From positions 1 through 64,000 of the IMG/VR virus record IMGVR_UViG_3300023174_000141: DNA of 64,000 nucleotides; one strand, 5' to 3'. Shown piece after piece: positions 1-8,645 of the stretch. The notes beneath the pieces were generated by a model. It saw nothing but the letters and a program-made list of their open reading frames with translations. It ran no database searches and was not told the origin of the DNA. Both the position numbers and the translations under genes were made by a program. Position 1 is the stretch's first letter, and each line of letters opens with the position of its first letter. Source of the stretch: a virus.

Positions 1-1161
1 GGCACCAAGGACCTCAAGCGGGTGAAGGCCCTCGTCGAGGAGTGCCTCGGAGACAACGCACCACGCACCGAGAAGGGCGCCATCAGCACGGACCGCGAGT
101 GCCTCCTGCGCACCGGGCATCCGGCGCTCAAGGCGGTGGCGGAGCTCGGCGCGATCGACAAGCTGCGGAAGACCTACGTGCCGATGCTGTTGCAGGGGAC
201 CGAGGTCCCCATCAACCCGGCGTGGAACACGCTCGTGGAGTCGGGGCGCACCTCCTGCCGCGAGCCGAACCTTCAGAACCTGCCTCGCAAGGGCGGCGTG
301 CGGGAGTGCTTCATCCCGCGGAAGGGGCGCATCTTCGCCTCCGCCGACTACTCGACCCTCGAGCTCTGCACGCTCGCGCAGGTCTGCCTCGACCTCTTCG
401 GCCACAGCGCGATGGCCGAGGCGCTCCACGCTGGCCGCGACCTGCATCTCCAGATGGCCGCGAGCATCCTCGGCGTGGACTACGACGAGGTCCTCCAGCG
501 CCACAAGGCGAAGGACCCGCAGGTCAAGGAGATGCGGCAGCTCGCGAAGGCCGCCAACTTCGGGTACCCGGGCGGGCTTGGGGCGGCTTCGTTCCAGACC
601 TACGCGGCGGCCACCTACAACGTCACGGTGTCCGAGGAGGAGAGCCGTCAGCTCAAGGCGCAGTGGCTCGAGGCGTGGCCGGAGATGCGGTCGTTCTTCG
701 ACCACGTCGGCGGGCAACTCCAGATGCGCGACGCCTTCGACCTGGTTCAGCCGCGCTCCGGGCGCATCCGCGGCCAGGTGGGCTACTGCGACGGGTGCAA
801 CAGTCACTTCCAAGGGCTCGCCGCGGACGGCGCGAAGGCAGCGCTCTTCTTCATCCAGCAAGAGTGCTACACCGGGAAGAGCGAGATCTGGAAGGGCGCC
901 GGTCCCTCGCCGCTCCACGGGTGCCGCATGGTGGCGTTCATCCACGACGAGTTCGTCCTCGAGGTTCCCGAGGCCCTCCCCCTCGCGCAGGCCGCCGTCG
1001 CCCGACTCGTTGAGGTGATGGTCGAGGGCATGGCGCTCTACGTGCCGGACGTCCCCATCAAGGCCGAGCCGACGCTCATGCGCCGCTGGTACAAGGAGGC
1101 CGAGCCGGTGTGGGACGAAGCGGGGCGTCTGCTCGTGTGGGAACCGAAGGAGAAGGCTTGA
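1..1161 (+). CDS. polA: DNA polymerase family A, polymerase domain (5'-truncated by window edge)
   Basis: SGRTSCREPNLQNLP; motif A ADYSTLE; motif B RQLAKAANFG; QGLAAD; motif C FIHDE. The frame is open from position 1. Confidence 0.96.
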   Translation, partial: GTKDLKRVKALVEECLGDNAPRTEKGAISTDRECLLRTGHPALKAVAELGAIDKLRKTYVPMLLQGTEVPINPAWNTLVESGRTSCREPNLQNLPRKGGVRECFIPRKGRIFASADYSTLELCTLAQVCLDLFGHSAMAEALHAGRDLHLQMAASILGVDYDEVLQRHKAKDPQVKEMRQLAKAANFGYPGGLGAASFQTYAAATYNVTVSEEESRQLKAQWLEAWPEMRSFFDHVGGQLQMRDAFDLVQPRSGRIRGQVGYCDGCNSHFQGLAADGAKAALFFIQQECYTGKSEIWKGAGPSPLHGCRMVAFIHDEFVLEVPEALPLAQAAVARLVEVMVEGMALYVPDVPIKAEPTLMRRWYKEAEPVWDEAGRLLVWEPKEKA

Positions 1162-1186
1162 CGCATCGGACACGCTAAAGTATATA
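1158..1186 (+). promoter_or_regulatory. sigma70-like promoter
   Basis: TTGACG-17 nt-TATATA, followed by SD AAGGAGGT and GTG at 1211. Confidence 0.6.
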
Positions 1187-1210
1187 GTGGGGGACACCAA
1201 GGAGGTCCTC

Positions 1211-1438
1211 GTGTCCCGAACGTCCAGCAAGCAGAACGAAAGCAGCGCGCCCACGTGCGCGCACCGACTCCACATGGCCATCACGCAGAGCATCTGCAAC
1301 TGCGCCGACTGCGGCGAGCTGCTCCCGATCTTCGCGCTTCGCCTGAAGACGTCCGAAGATCTGATCGTCGAGGCGCTGCGGTCCGGCATCATCGTGTCCT
1401 GGCCGAGCATCGTCGGAACGGCGGTGGCCGATGCGTAG
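1211..1438 (+). CDS. Small Cys/His-containing hypothetical protein
   Basis: Strong SD before GTG at 1211; CAH...CNCADC possible zinc ligands. Confidence 0.6.
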   Translation: MSRTSSKQNESSAPTCAHRLHMAITQSICNCADCGELLPIFALRLKTSEDLIVEALRSGIIVSWPSIVGTAVADA

Positions 1439-1703
1439 GACGCCCCCGAAGGAAGCGGCGAACAAGAAGCTCGACGAGGCCCTCGCGTGGATCACCGAGG
1501 CCGTGACCGCGATCGACGCGACGCTCGACCGTGTCGCGCACCCGGGCGACTTCCCGGTCGACCTGCACCGCGATCTCGACCAGAGCGCTGTCGACGCCCT
1601 GCGCGCATCCCTGCGTGACAGCGACCGCGTGATCGAGATGCTCGGCGACGTGCGCAACGACATCACGGACATCGAGGAGGAGGCCCATGACAACGACATC
1701 TGA
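1431..1703 (+). CDS. Hypothetical protein (acidic, helical)
   Basis: High-GC3 codon pattern; overlaps both neighbours. Confidence 0.7.
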   Translation: MRRTPPKEAANKKLDEALAWITEAVTAIDATLDRVAHPGDFPVDLHRDLDQSAVDALRASLRDSDRVIEMLGDVRNDITDIEEEAHDNDI

Positions 1704-2436
1704 AGCGTTCCTCGCTGCGTACGCGCAGTGGGCGGAGATCCCGACCATGCACCAGCAGCTCCGGGACCGTGCGTACAACACGCTGGCCGACGAGGCCATC
1801 CTCGCCGTCAAGGCGATGCACCCCCGCAAGCGCTCCCCCGCGGTGACGAGCGAGGATCCCGCAGAGCGCTGGCTCAAGGTCTCGAAGTGGGCCGCAGCGG
1901 GCCTCATGCCGAACTTCCGGCTGTGGATCGACCAGCGCATGAAGCCCTTTCAGGAAGAGTACGAGGCGCTCGACAACGAGCGCGCGCGTCTCGAAGGGTC
2001 TCTGCACGATCTCGCGCTCAAGGCGGTGTTCGAGCGCGAGCCTGGCGCAGCGAACGTCGTGTACGTCGACACGGATCACCGCAGCCAGAGCGGACCGGGC
2101 TTCTACCAGGAGACCGCGTGCGAGCTTCGCGCGGAGATCCTGCGCGCTCGCGGCTTTGCGGCCATGGTGCGCCGGCGCGAAACGGGCGGATACGAGGTGG
2201 TGACGGATGCGCCGGCGAGCATCGCGCACGCGCTGCGCTACTGGATCCTCGACGACGTCCGCATGCTGCGCGTCGTGGGCGTCGCCAACCTCAAGGTCCT
2301 CCTTCACCCGTTCTTCCCATACACGGGCGCGTGGGACTGGCCGGAAGCGAAGCGCACCGGACGCGACCACAAGAGCTACGCAAAGCACAAGAAGAACGAA
2401 GACGCGCACCTCGCGCTCAACGGAGGCGCACCATGA
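1687..2436 (+). CDS. Hypothetical protein
   Basis: SD GAGGAGG; 249 aa; ATGA overlap with the next gene. Confidence 0.8.
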   Translation: MTTTSEAFLAAYAQWAEIPTMHQQLRDRAYNTLADEAILAVKAMHPRKRSPAVTSEDPAERWLKVSKWAAAGLMPNFRLWIDQRMKPFQEEYEALDNERARLEGSLHDLALKAVFEREPGAANVVYVDTDHRSQSGPGFYQETACELRAEILRARGFAAMVRRRETGGYEVVTDAPASIAHALRYWILDDVRMLRVVGVANLKVLLHPFFPYTGAWDWPEAKRTGRDHKSYAKHKKNEDAHLALNGGAP

Positions 2437-3014
2437 ACATCGAAGACATCGCTCACCCGTCGTGGGAAGAACGCGGCTGGACGCGGACGAAGGTGACCAT
2501 CCGCCTGTTCAACCAAGGCCCGAAGCCCGACATCGACGCGCTGACGCACCCCGACGCACCGGGGCTTGCGCTTGTCGGCTACGAGTTCTCCCTCATCGAT
2601 GGCTCCAACACCGTCAACTTCACGCACATCGGCACCGGGATGGACGCGGGGCTGCTCTACGTCGCCCGCGACTGCCCGCCGTGCCCCGACACGCTGCGGA
2701 ACGCGGCCAGCGCGGCGTGCGCGGTCGTCGACTACAAGCGCATCACGCTGAACGAGGCGCGTCAGCTCCCGCCGTCGGTGCGCGAGAAGGCACGCGCTCC
2801 GTTCCGCGACCTCAACGAGCATGAGTGCGAAGCGTGCGCGTGGTGGCACGTCGCCCGCCTCCCGAAGCGCATCGCGAAAGTGGAGCGAGAGGTCGCGGAG
2901 TTTCGGGATGCCGTGGCGAGCGCGGAGGATGCGCTGGCCGAGGCTGAAGACAACCTGCGCGATGCCCTCGCTGAACTGAACGAACTGAAGGCGCGGCTGA
3001 AGGAGAACCCGTGA
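2433..3014 (+). CDS. Hypothetical protein with Cys pairs and C-terminal coiled coil
   Basis: ATG at 2433 (MNIEDIAH...) after GGAGG; CPPC and CEAC; heptad-like tail. Confidence 0.75.
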   Translation: MNIEDIAHPSWEERGWTRTKVTIRLFNQGPKPDIDALTHPDAPGLALVGYEFSLIDGSNTVNFTHIGTGMDAGLLYVARDCPPCPDTLRNAASAACAVVDYKRITLNEARQLPPSVREKARAPFRDLNEHECEACAWWHVARLPKRIAKVEREVAEFRDAVASAEDALAEAEDNLRDALAELNELKARLKENP

Positions 3015-3091
3015 CTGAAGTGCTGGACATCACGATGTGGCTACTCGACCGGCTCGCGGACCTCGCCCGCTGGCTCGGGAGGTGGCCGTGA
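3011..3091 (+). CDS. 26-aa peptide (MTEVLDITMWLLDRLADLARWLGRWP)
   Basis: GTGA overlaps at both ends; SD AAGGAG. Confidence 0.45.
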   Translation: MTEVLDITMWLLDRLADLARWLGRWP

Positions 3092-3330
3092 TCGACCTCG
3101 ACGCCCTCGAGGCAGCCGTCGCCGAGGGCGAGAAGAAGAACTTCTTCGTCGCGCCCATCGTGAAGGAGCTGATCGCGGAGCTGCGCGAGGCCCGCGGGGA
3201 GCGCGCCGCCGTGGTGGCGGCGTTGAGGCGAACGTCGAACCACGGCCCGATGGGCCTATCGCTGGTCAACCTCGACAGCATCGCCGACGCCATCGAACGC
3301 GGCGAACACCGCCGCAAGGAGCAGCCATGA
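3088..3330 (+). CDS. Small hypothetical protein, Ead/Ea22-like start (IDLDALEA)
   Basis: GTG at 3088 after GGAGG; ends in the GEHRR junction repeat. Confidence 0.7.
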   Translation: MIDLDALEAAVAEGEKKNFFVAPIVKELIAELREARGERAAVVAALRRTSNHGPMGLSLVNLDSIADAIERGEHRRKEQP

Positions 3331-3542
3331 AGGAAGCCGGAGAACGACCAGAAGGCGTGCTGCGGACGGTACGCGATGTGTCGCTATGCACGACGAGCGT
3401 GTACTTGAACGACGAACTCGTCGGCATCGTCTCGGATCTTCAGTTGATGCGCATGACGCGCGACGGCGTGTCTATCGACTGGAACGCATGGCGTGCTGCG
3501 AAACTGACTGACGGCGAGCACCGCCGCGAGGAGACACCGTGA
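3327..3542 (+). CDS. Small hypothetical protein
   Basis: ATGA/GTGA overlaps; bounded by junction repeats. Confidence 0.7.
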   Translation: MKEAGERPEGVLRTVRDVSLCTTSVYLNDELVGIVSDLQLMRMTRDGVSIDWNAWRAAKLTDGEHRREETP

Positions 3543-3829
3543 CTGACGAGCCATGCGCGACCTGTGGACACCCGCGCCGTGTCCACGATCCGGAAGACCT
3601 GAACTGTGAGACGCACGCGGACGTGGGCCTGGGCCGGTGCCCGTGCAACCGCTTCATGGGCCTGGACGCCGAGGTGGAGCGGCTGCGCGCGGAGGTGGAG
3701 CGGCTGCGCGCCGAGAACCGGAAACTCCGCGATGTGCTGGAGTGGGTCAACGTCCAATGCCCCGGCAAGTGCGCGGGTGTCTGCGATGCCGCGCTGCGCG
3801 GCGAGCACCGCCGCGAGGAGGAATCATGA
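3539..3829 (+). CDS. Small Cys/His-rich protein with AEVERLR coiled-coil repeat
   Basis: CATCGH..H, C..CPC, CPGKC..C; 21-bp tandem duplication at 3671-3711. Confidence 0.75.
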   Translation: MTDEPCATCGHPRRVHDPEDLNCETHADVGLGRCPCNRFMGLDAEVERLRAEVERLRAENRKLRDVLEWVNVQCPGKCAGVCDAALRGEHRREEES

Positions 3830-4155
3830 CCGAGGAACAGATCGCGCTCGCCCGTCGCGCCGTCTCCTGCAAGGGCTGGCGATGGATGCCGGGAATGCGT
3901 GTGCTTGGCGGTGACCGCATCACCGAGCGCACGCTCGCCATTGACCACGGCGCGTTTCCCGACCTCACCGACCCCGCCACGCTGGGCTGCCTCCTCGCGC
4001 TGGTGCGAGAGGCTCGGGGCGAGCCGACCTACCTCCCGACGTGCCTCGACGCTCACGACGAGGCATGGGTCATCAACCCACCGATCCCGTGGCGGCAGAC
4101 GCGGTACGAGAGCTACGCATCCGTTCTTCTCGCCGCGCTGGAGGCTGCGCCATGA
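3826..4155 (+). CDS. Phage hypothetical protein (PDLTDPATLGCLLALVREA motif)
   Basis: ATG at 3826 overlaps the previous stop; motif recalled from phage hypothetical proteins. Confidence 0.75.
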   Translation: MTEEQIALARRAVSCKGWRWMPGMRVLGGDRITERTLAIDHGAFPDLTDPATLGCLLALVREARGEPTYLPTCLDAHDEAWVINPPIPWRQTRYESYASVLLAALEAAP

Positions 4156-4352
4156 AGCGACTGTTCAAGAAGGGCGACCGCGTGTCGCTCGGCCCCAACG
4201 GCTACCGCCCCGGCGTCGTCCTCGACGCGGTGACGGACGACTGGCTCGGCGAGCCCTTCCAGATCCTCGACATCCGCATCGACGGTGCCGAGGGCACGTC
4301 CATCCGCATCCCCGACACCAACGTCCAGCTCCTCGAGGAGGCACCGGAATGA
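4152..4352 (+). CDS. Small SH3/KOW-like hypothetical protein
   Basis: FKKGDRV beta-rich pattern; ATGA overlap. Confidence 0.7.
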   Translation: MKRLFKKGDRVSLGPNGYRPGVVLDAVTDDWLGEPFQILDIRIDGAEGTSIRIPDTNVQLLEEAPE

Positions 4353-4759
4353 GCAGCATCTTCCTGGCCCACAGCAAGCAGACCCCCGACGAGACCATCA
4401 ACGAGTGGGTCGAGGCCGCAGCCGTGCTGTGGCGCTACGACGTCACCGCGGGCCGCGACGACTACATGGCCCGCAGCCGCGCCATCGGCGGCTGGAACGC
4501 GTGGGTCAAGGACGTGCCCATCGCCGAGGACTGGGGCGGTGAGCCGCTCTTCACCGGCATCGCCGTGCCGCTGGAGGACCTCGAGCGGCCCATCGTCGGG
4601 AGGGCCACCCAGGTCCTCGTCGAGGGGTTCATCGCCGCAGGCAAGCAAGCGTGGGCGTTCTGCCCCGAAACCGGCGAGGCGCGTACCGTGCTCGCCATCG
4701 TCAACACCGAGCTCGATAGCTGGACCGACGCCGGCTGGCTCGTCTACACGTTCGCGTAG
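4349..4759 (+). CDS. Hypothetical protein
   Basis: SD GAGGAGG; ATGA overlap; MSSIFLAHSK start. Confidence 0.75.
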   Translation: MSSIFLAHSKQTPDETINEWVEAAAVLWRYDVTAGRDDYMARSRAIGGWNAWVKDVPIAEDWGGEPLFTGIAVPLEDLERPIVGRATQVLVEGFIAAGKQAWAFCPETGEARTVLAIVNTELDSWTDAGWLVYTFA

Positions 4760-4768
4760 GAGAACATC

Positions 4769-5176
4769 GTGACCACCACGACCCGAAAGAAGCAGGCCCC
4801 CGTCTGCTCCCGCTGCCCCGGGGCCGGCGCCACATGGCGCGAGCTCAACGGCAAGCGCACATGGTTCTGCCCGTTCCACCTCAAGGAGGCGGAGCGCGAG
4901 CTGCGCGAGGTTGCCTACGCCAAGTTCGCGAAGACCGAGACCCAGGAAGTCGCAGCCCCGGCCTGCCCTGTCAGTAACACGGCGGTCGACCACCCGCCCC
5001 ACTACAACGTCGGAAAGTTCGAGGTCATCGACGTGATCGACGACTGGTCGTTGTCCTTCAACCTGGGCAACGTGGTGAAGTACGTCGCTCGCGCGCAGCA
5101 CAAGGGCAACGAGCTCGAGGACCTCGAGAAGGCGGCGTGGTACCTCGCCCGTGAGATCGCGCGGCGGAAGGCATGA
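4769..5176 (+). CDS. DUF3310 (T7 gp1.7-like nucleotide kinase family) with N-terminal Zn finger
   Basis: VDHPPHY...EVID...FNLGNVVKYVARAQHKG..EDLEKAAWYL. Confidence 0.9.
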   Translation: MTTTTRKKQAPVCSRCPGAGATWRELNGKRTWFCPFHLKEAERELREVAYAKFAKTETQEVAAPACPVSNTAVDHPPHYNVGKFEVIDVIDDWSLSFNLGNVVKYVARAQHKGNELEDLEKAAWYLAREIARRKA

Positions 5177-5394
5177 GAGACAGAAACGGCAAGAACGTGG
5201 ATGTCGGCACGCGCGTGTGGTTCAACGGACGCGGCGGTGCCCGAGTCCTCGGGACCATTCGTACGGTCGGCATGGTCGGCGAGACCTACGAAGCGTGGGT
5301 GGATGATGGTGACCCCGCCATCTCCGACCCGCGGAAGAACCGTATGCGTGTGCGCCAGCGTGTCCGCTCAGCGGACATCGAGAAAGATACTTGA
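5173..5394 (+). CDS. Small hypothetical protein (DRNGK..VG motif)
   Basis: ATGA overlap; YopX/SH3-like start. Confidence 0.65.
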   Translation: MRDRNGKNVDVGTRVWFNGRGGARVLGTIRTVGMVGETYEAWVDDGDPAISDPRKNRMRVRQRVRSADIEKDT

Positions 5395-5419
5395 CGGTGC
5401 GGTCATAGTACACTACATT
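5391..5419 (+). promoter_or_regulatory. sigma70-like promoter
   Basis: TTGACG-17 nt-TACATT upstream of the Rad50-like gene. Confidence 0.7.
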
Positions 5420-5420
5420 G

Positions 5421-5484
5421 GGGGCATGGTCAGGTTGAGCTGGGACTTCTTCTTGTTCACCCGCCTCGACCTGCACCATGCCCC
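5421..5484 (+). other. Long imperfect hairpin in 5' leader
   Basis: GGGGCATGGT-CAGGTTGAG pairs with CTCGACCTG-C-ACCATGCCCC. Confidence 0.75.
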
Positions 5485-5503
5485 TCTGTAGGAGACCACC
5501 ACC

Positions 5504-7327
5504 ATGGCAAAGAAGACCGCCACCACGCAGCGCCCGTTCGTCGAGCGCCTCACCTCCAACCTCAAGGCGGCCGACGGTCGTCCCCGCAACGTGACGCTGG
5601 GGCCGAAGACCCTCATCGTCGGGCCGAACGGCAGCGGCAAGTCGAGCATCCAGCAGAGCCTCCAGCTCGCCCTGCTCGGCAGCGCAGACGACCTCGTGGG
5701 CCGTGACGAGGTGCGCGACAACGGCCTGCTCATGAGCATGGTCAGCGCCGACCGGCTCGCCATCCACGCCAAGCTCAACAGCGGCGAGGACTACACCTTC
5801 ATCGCGAAGGACAGCGGCAAGCCCACGCACGACGCGGGCCCGACCCCGGCGCTGCCCCTCCACGAGATCCGCGACGCGCTCGCGGCCTCCCCCGCCACGG
5901 CGCGCAAGGCGTTCCTCGGCTGGGCGGCGAAGAGCGTCACGGCCGGCGACGTGGCGGACTCCGTCCCGTCCATCTACCGGGCGAAGTACCTCGACATCAG
6001 CGCCAGCGTGGGGCGCGGCAAGCTCCCCGTCGACGCTCTCCTCGCCACGCTGGAGTACGTCGGCAAGCGCCAGCGGGACGCGGCGAAGGAGGCCAGCGGG
6101 GCCGAGGCGCTGCTGACCGGCATGGCGCACGACCTCGAGACCGCGCCCACCGAGGATGACCTCCAGGCGGCGCACGAGACGCAGACCGTGGCGTGGCGCA
6201 AGCTCACCGCGGTACAGCAGGCGCACGCGCAGCAGTCCCGGCTGCTGAGCCAGATCCAAAGCATCCGCAGCCAGCTCGCGAAGGTCGAGCCGCCCGAGGC
6301 GCCGAAGGTCGACGAGACCGACCGCAAGTTCTACGAGAGCATGGCGGTCGCCTCGGCCATCGCCGTGGGCAAGGCGCTGACCTCCTGTCCCCTCTGCTCA
6401 AGCGCCGTGGGCCACGCGCACCTCAAGGTCTGCGCCGAGTTCTACGAGGCCGAGGCGCGGTCGATGAAGCCCATCCCCGACTACACCCCGAAGGTCAACC
6501 GACCCTTCCTTCAGAGCCAGCTCGACCTCCTCGCCACCGAGCTGGGCAACATCGATCCTGACCTGCTGGCGCAGGACGTCGCAACCGTCGAGGCGGAGAG
6601 CAACGCGGCGCGCGAGGCGTACCTCAACCTCCGCAACATGTCCGACCGCTGGGCGAACCTCACCAAGGCGCGCGACACCATCGCCGAGATGACGGTGGAG
6701 AGCGAGACCTACAAGGGCATGAAGAAGGAGCTCGAGGGTGTGGTCGCTGATCTGCTCAAGCGGGTGGCCGACACGTTCGTCGCCAAGGTGCAGGCGCACC
6801 TCCCGACGGGCTGGACCTTCGGCATGCAGCTCGACGACGGGGGCAAGGAGGTCTTCCGCCTGGGCCTCATGCAGGGCAAGAAGCTCCGCTCCGCGCTCTC
6901 GGGTGCTGAGTGGGCGACGGTGACCTGCGCTCTGGCGATGGCGATCTCGGCCGACGCGGCGACGGATGCTCCGGTGCTGGTCATGCCGGAGGACCGCGGC
7001 TGGGACGCGGTCACGCTGGGCAAGGTGCTGGCGGCGTGGTCGGGCTTCGACGGGCAGGTCGTCATCGGCACGCCGACGAAGCCGAAGAAGGTGCCGGCGG
7101 GCTGGACGGTCATCGACCTGGGGCAGGGCGAGGCGGAGGAGCCGGTGGTCGCTGAGGCCCCCGCACCGAGCATCGTCGAGGCGGCGACCTTCAAGGTCTA
7201 CGTCCCGTCCCCCACGATGGGCGCCATGCTCAAGGCCCTCGGCTACACCGAGCAGCAAGTCGCCGGCATGGACGCCGCGAAGGCCGCCCACATCGTCGCC
7301 AACGGCATCGCCGCAGGGAGCAAGTGA
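5504..7327 (+). CDS. Rad50/SbcC/SMC-like ABC ATPase
   Basis: Walker A GPNGSGKS, coiled coils, central CPLC zinc hook, LSGAE signature. Confidence 0.85.
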   Translation: MAKKTATTQRPFVERLTSNLKAADGRPRNVTLGPKTLIVGPNGSGKSSIQQSLQLALLGSADDLVGRDEVRDNGLLMSMVSADRLAIHAKLNSGEDYTFIAKDSGKPTHDAGPTPALPLHEIRDALAASPATARKAFLGWAAKSVTAGDVADSVPSIYRAKYLDISASVGRGKLPVDALLATLEYVGKRQRDAAKEASGAEALLTGMAHDLETAPTEDDLQAAHETQTVAWRKLTAVQQAHAQQSRLLSQIQSIRSQLAKVEPPEAPKVDETDRKFYESMAVASAIAVGKALTSCPLCSSAVGHAHLKVCAEFYEAEARSMKPIPDYTPKVNRPFLQSQLDLLATELGNIDPDLLAQDVATVEAESNAAREAYLNLRNMSDRWANLTKARDTIAEMTVESETYKGMKKELEGVVADLLKRVADTFVAKVQAHLPTGWTFGMQLDDGGKEVFRLGLMQGKKLRSALSGAEWATVTCALAMAISADAATDAPVLVMPEDRGWDAVTLGKVLAAWSGFDGQVVIGTPTKPKKVPAGWTVIDLGQGEAEEPVVAEAPAPSIVEAATFKVYVPSPTMGAMLKALGYTEQQVAGMDAAKAAHIVANGIAAGSK

Positions 7328-7875
7328 TGGACAACAACAAGCTGGCCCGCCCGCACTACGAGTGGGTGCTCGAAGACTACGAGCGCAACGAGACCGAGAC
7401 CTTCAACGCAGCGCGCGACGTCGAGGCGTTCCTCGAGGCGACGGAGTACACCGACTGGTTCGAGCTCCGGCAGGCCGGGCTCTACACCGAGGCGCTCGCC
7501 ACGGGCATCGAGGCGTCGCTCCTGTCGGTCCACGAGGAGCGCCGGGAGCGCGCCAAGGTGGCGCTCCGTCAGGTGATGGCGCTCGCCCAAGAGGCGCGCG
7601 ACGTGGCCAACGACGCGCTCGACCTCGAGGCGACGACCGAGCCTCCGGGGCACACCTGCCCCGCCATCGACAAGTCCAAGCGGGCGATGCGCCGCCTCTA
7701 CTACCGGCTCACCAACCCCGAGCAGGTCTGCAAGGACAACGCGCACGTCGTCTTCAAGGAGGGCCTCGCCGCGCTGGAACAGGTGCGAGAAGAGAACAAG
7801 CAGCTTCGGCGGGCGCACGCTGACATCACCCGCAAGCTCACGTCGGCGCTGCGGCATGGTGGAGGTGCGGCATGA
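7324..7875 (+). CDS. Hypothetical protein (GHTCPAID...LEQVREENKQLR)
   Basis: GTGATG overlap; coding-like codon usage. Confidence 0.75.
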   Translation: MMDNNKLARPHYEWVLEDYERNETETFNAARDVEAFLEATEYTDWFELRQAGLYTEALATGIEASLLSVHEERRERAKVALRQVMALAQEARDVANDALDLEATTEPPGHTCPAIDKSKRAMRRLYYRLTNPEQVCKDNAHVVFKEGLAALEQVREENKQLRRAHADITRKLTSALRHGGGAA

Positions 7876-8645
7876 TCGGGCGCTCGTGGACGACGAAGAA
7901 GGCAGAGCGGGTCTGGAAGCGACTGCGCGCGGGTGTGCACGTCGAGACCCTCGCCGCCGACGAGGGGTGCACCGTGACGAACATCCACCGACGCCTGCGC
8001 ACAGCGGGCTACAGCCCGAGCCAGGCGCGACGCGTCGAGAGCACGGAGGAGCTGCAAGCCGCGAAGATCTACGCCATGCGGAAGGCCGGCCAGTCCTTCG
8101 AGGAGATCGCGGTGGAGCTCGGCCAGGAGCCGGGCACGCTCACCATGCGCCGGCTCTACATGCGCCTCGTGCGCTACTGCGAGAGGGCCGAGGTGCCCTA
8201 CCCTAAGATGCCGAAGAAGAGCCGGCCCGGCCGACGGGGTGGCCCGCACACCAAGCCCGACTACAGCCTCGTCGACGGCTGCGTCGCCATGATGAAGAAG
8301 CACCCTCAGCCCATGAGCATCGAGGACTTCGCCGAGAAGGTGGGCGTCGACGCCCGCATCGCCAAGCGCCTCGTGGCGGAGATGCGGCGGCGCCGGCTGC
8401 TCGCCGATGGTATCGTCCCCATCAAGGGGGCAACAACGGAAGAGCACCTGACCGGCTCGGAAGTCTTCGTCCTCGAAGCTGTGCGCGAGGCGTGGAACGA
8501 CAAGGACCAGCAGTGCCATTCTCTGGGTAGCCTCGTTGACTACGGGCGCTACGCGCGTCACACCCTCAGCATCGCCATCATCAAGCTCCGCAAGCTGGGC
8601 CTCGTCGAGGCCCGCGGCGGGCTCTACCTCCGGGAACACGCATGA
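7872..8645 (+). CDS. Multi-HTH DNA-binding protein
   Basis: Several HTH-like segments: GQSFEEIAVELG, MSIEDFAEKVGVD, LRKLGLVEARGG. Confidence 0.7.
   Translation: MIGRSWTTKKAERVWKRLRAGVHVETLAADEGCTVTNIHRRLRTAGYSPSQARRVESTEELQAAKIYAMRKAGQSFEEIAVELGQEPGTLTMRRLYMRLVRYCERAEVPYPKMPKKSRPGRRGGPHTKPDYSLVDGCVAMMKKHPQPMSIEDFAEKVGVDARIAKRLVAEMRRRRLLADGIVPIKGATTEEHLTGSEVFVLEAVREAWNDKDQQCHSLGSLVDYGRYARHTLSIAIIKLRKLGLVEARGGLYLREHA

Larger units (their letters stand above)
3301..3829 (+). repeat. Three copies of a 30-bp gene-end/RBS repeat (3301-3330, 3513-3542, 3800-3829)
   Basis: GGCGARCACCGCCGCRAGGAG-N5-RTGA in all three copies, each ending exactly at a stop/start overlap. Confidence 0.9.

Noticed and set aside
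3671-3711. 21-bp tandem duplication (AEVERLR twice)
   Set aside because: An ordinary coiled-coil heptad duplication common in small phage proteins.
3301-3829. Junction repeats as a CRISPR array or integron attC sites
   Set aside because: The spacers are roughly 180-260 bp coding genes, the repeat is not palindromic, and no cas or integrase gene is present.
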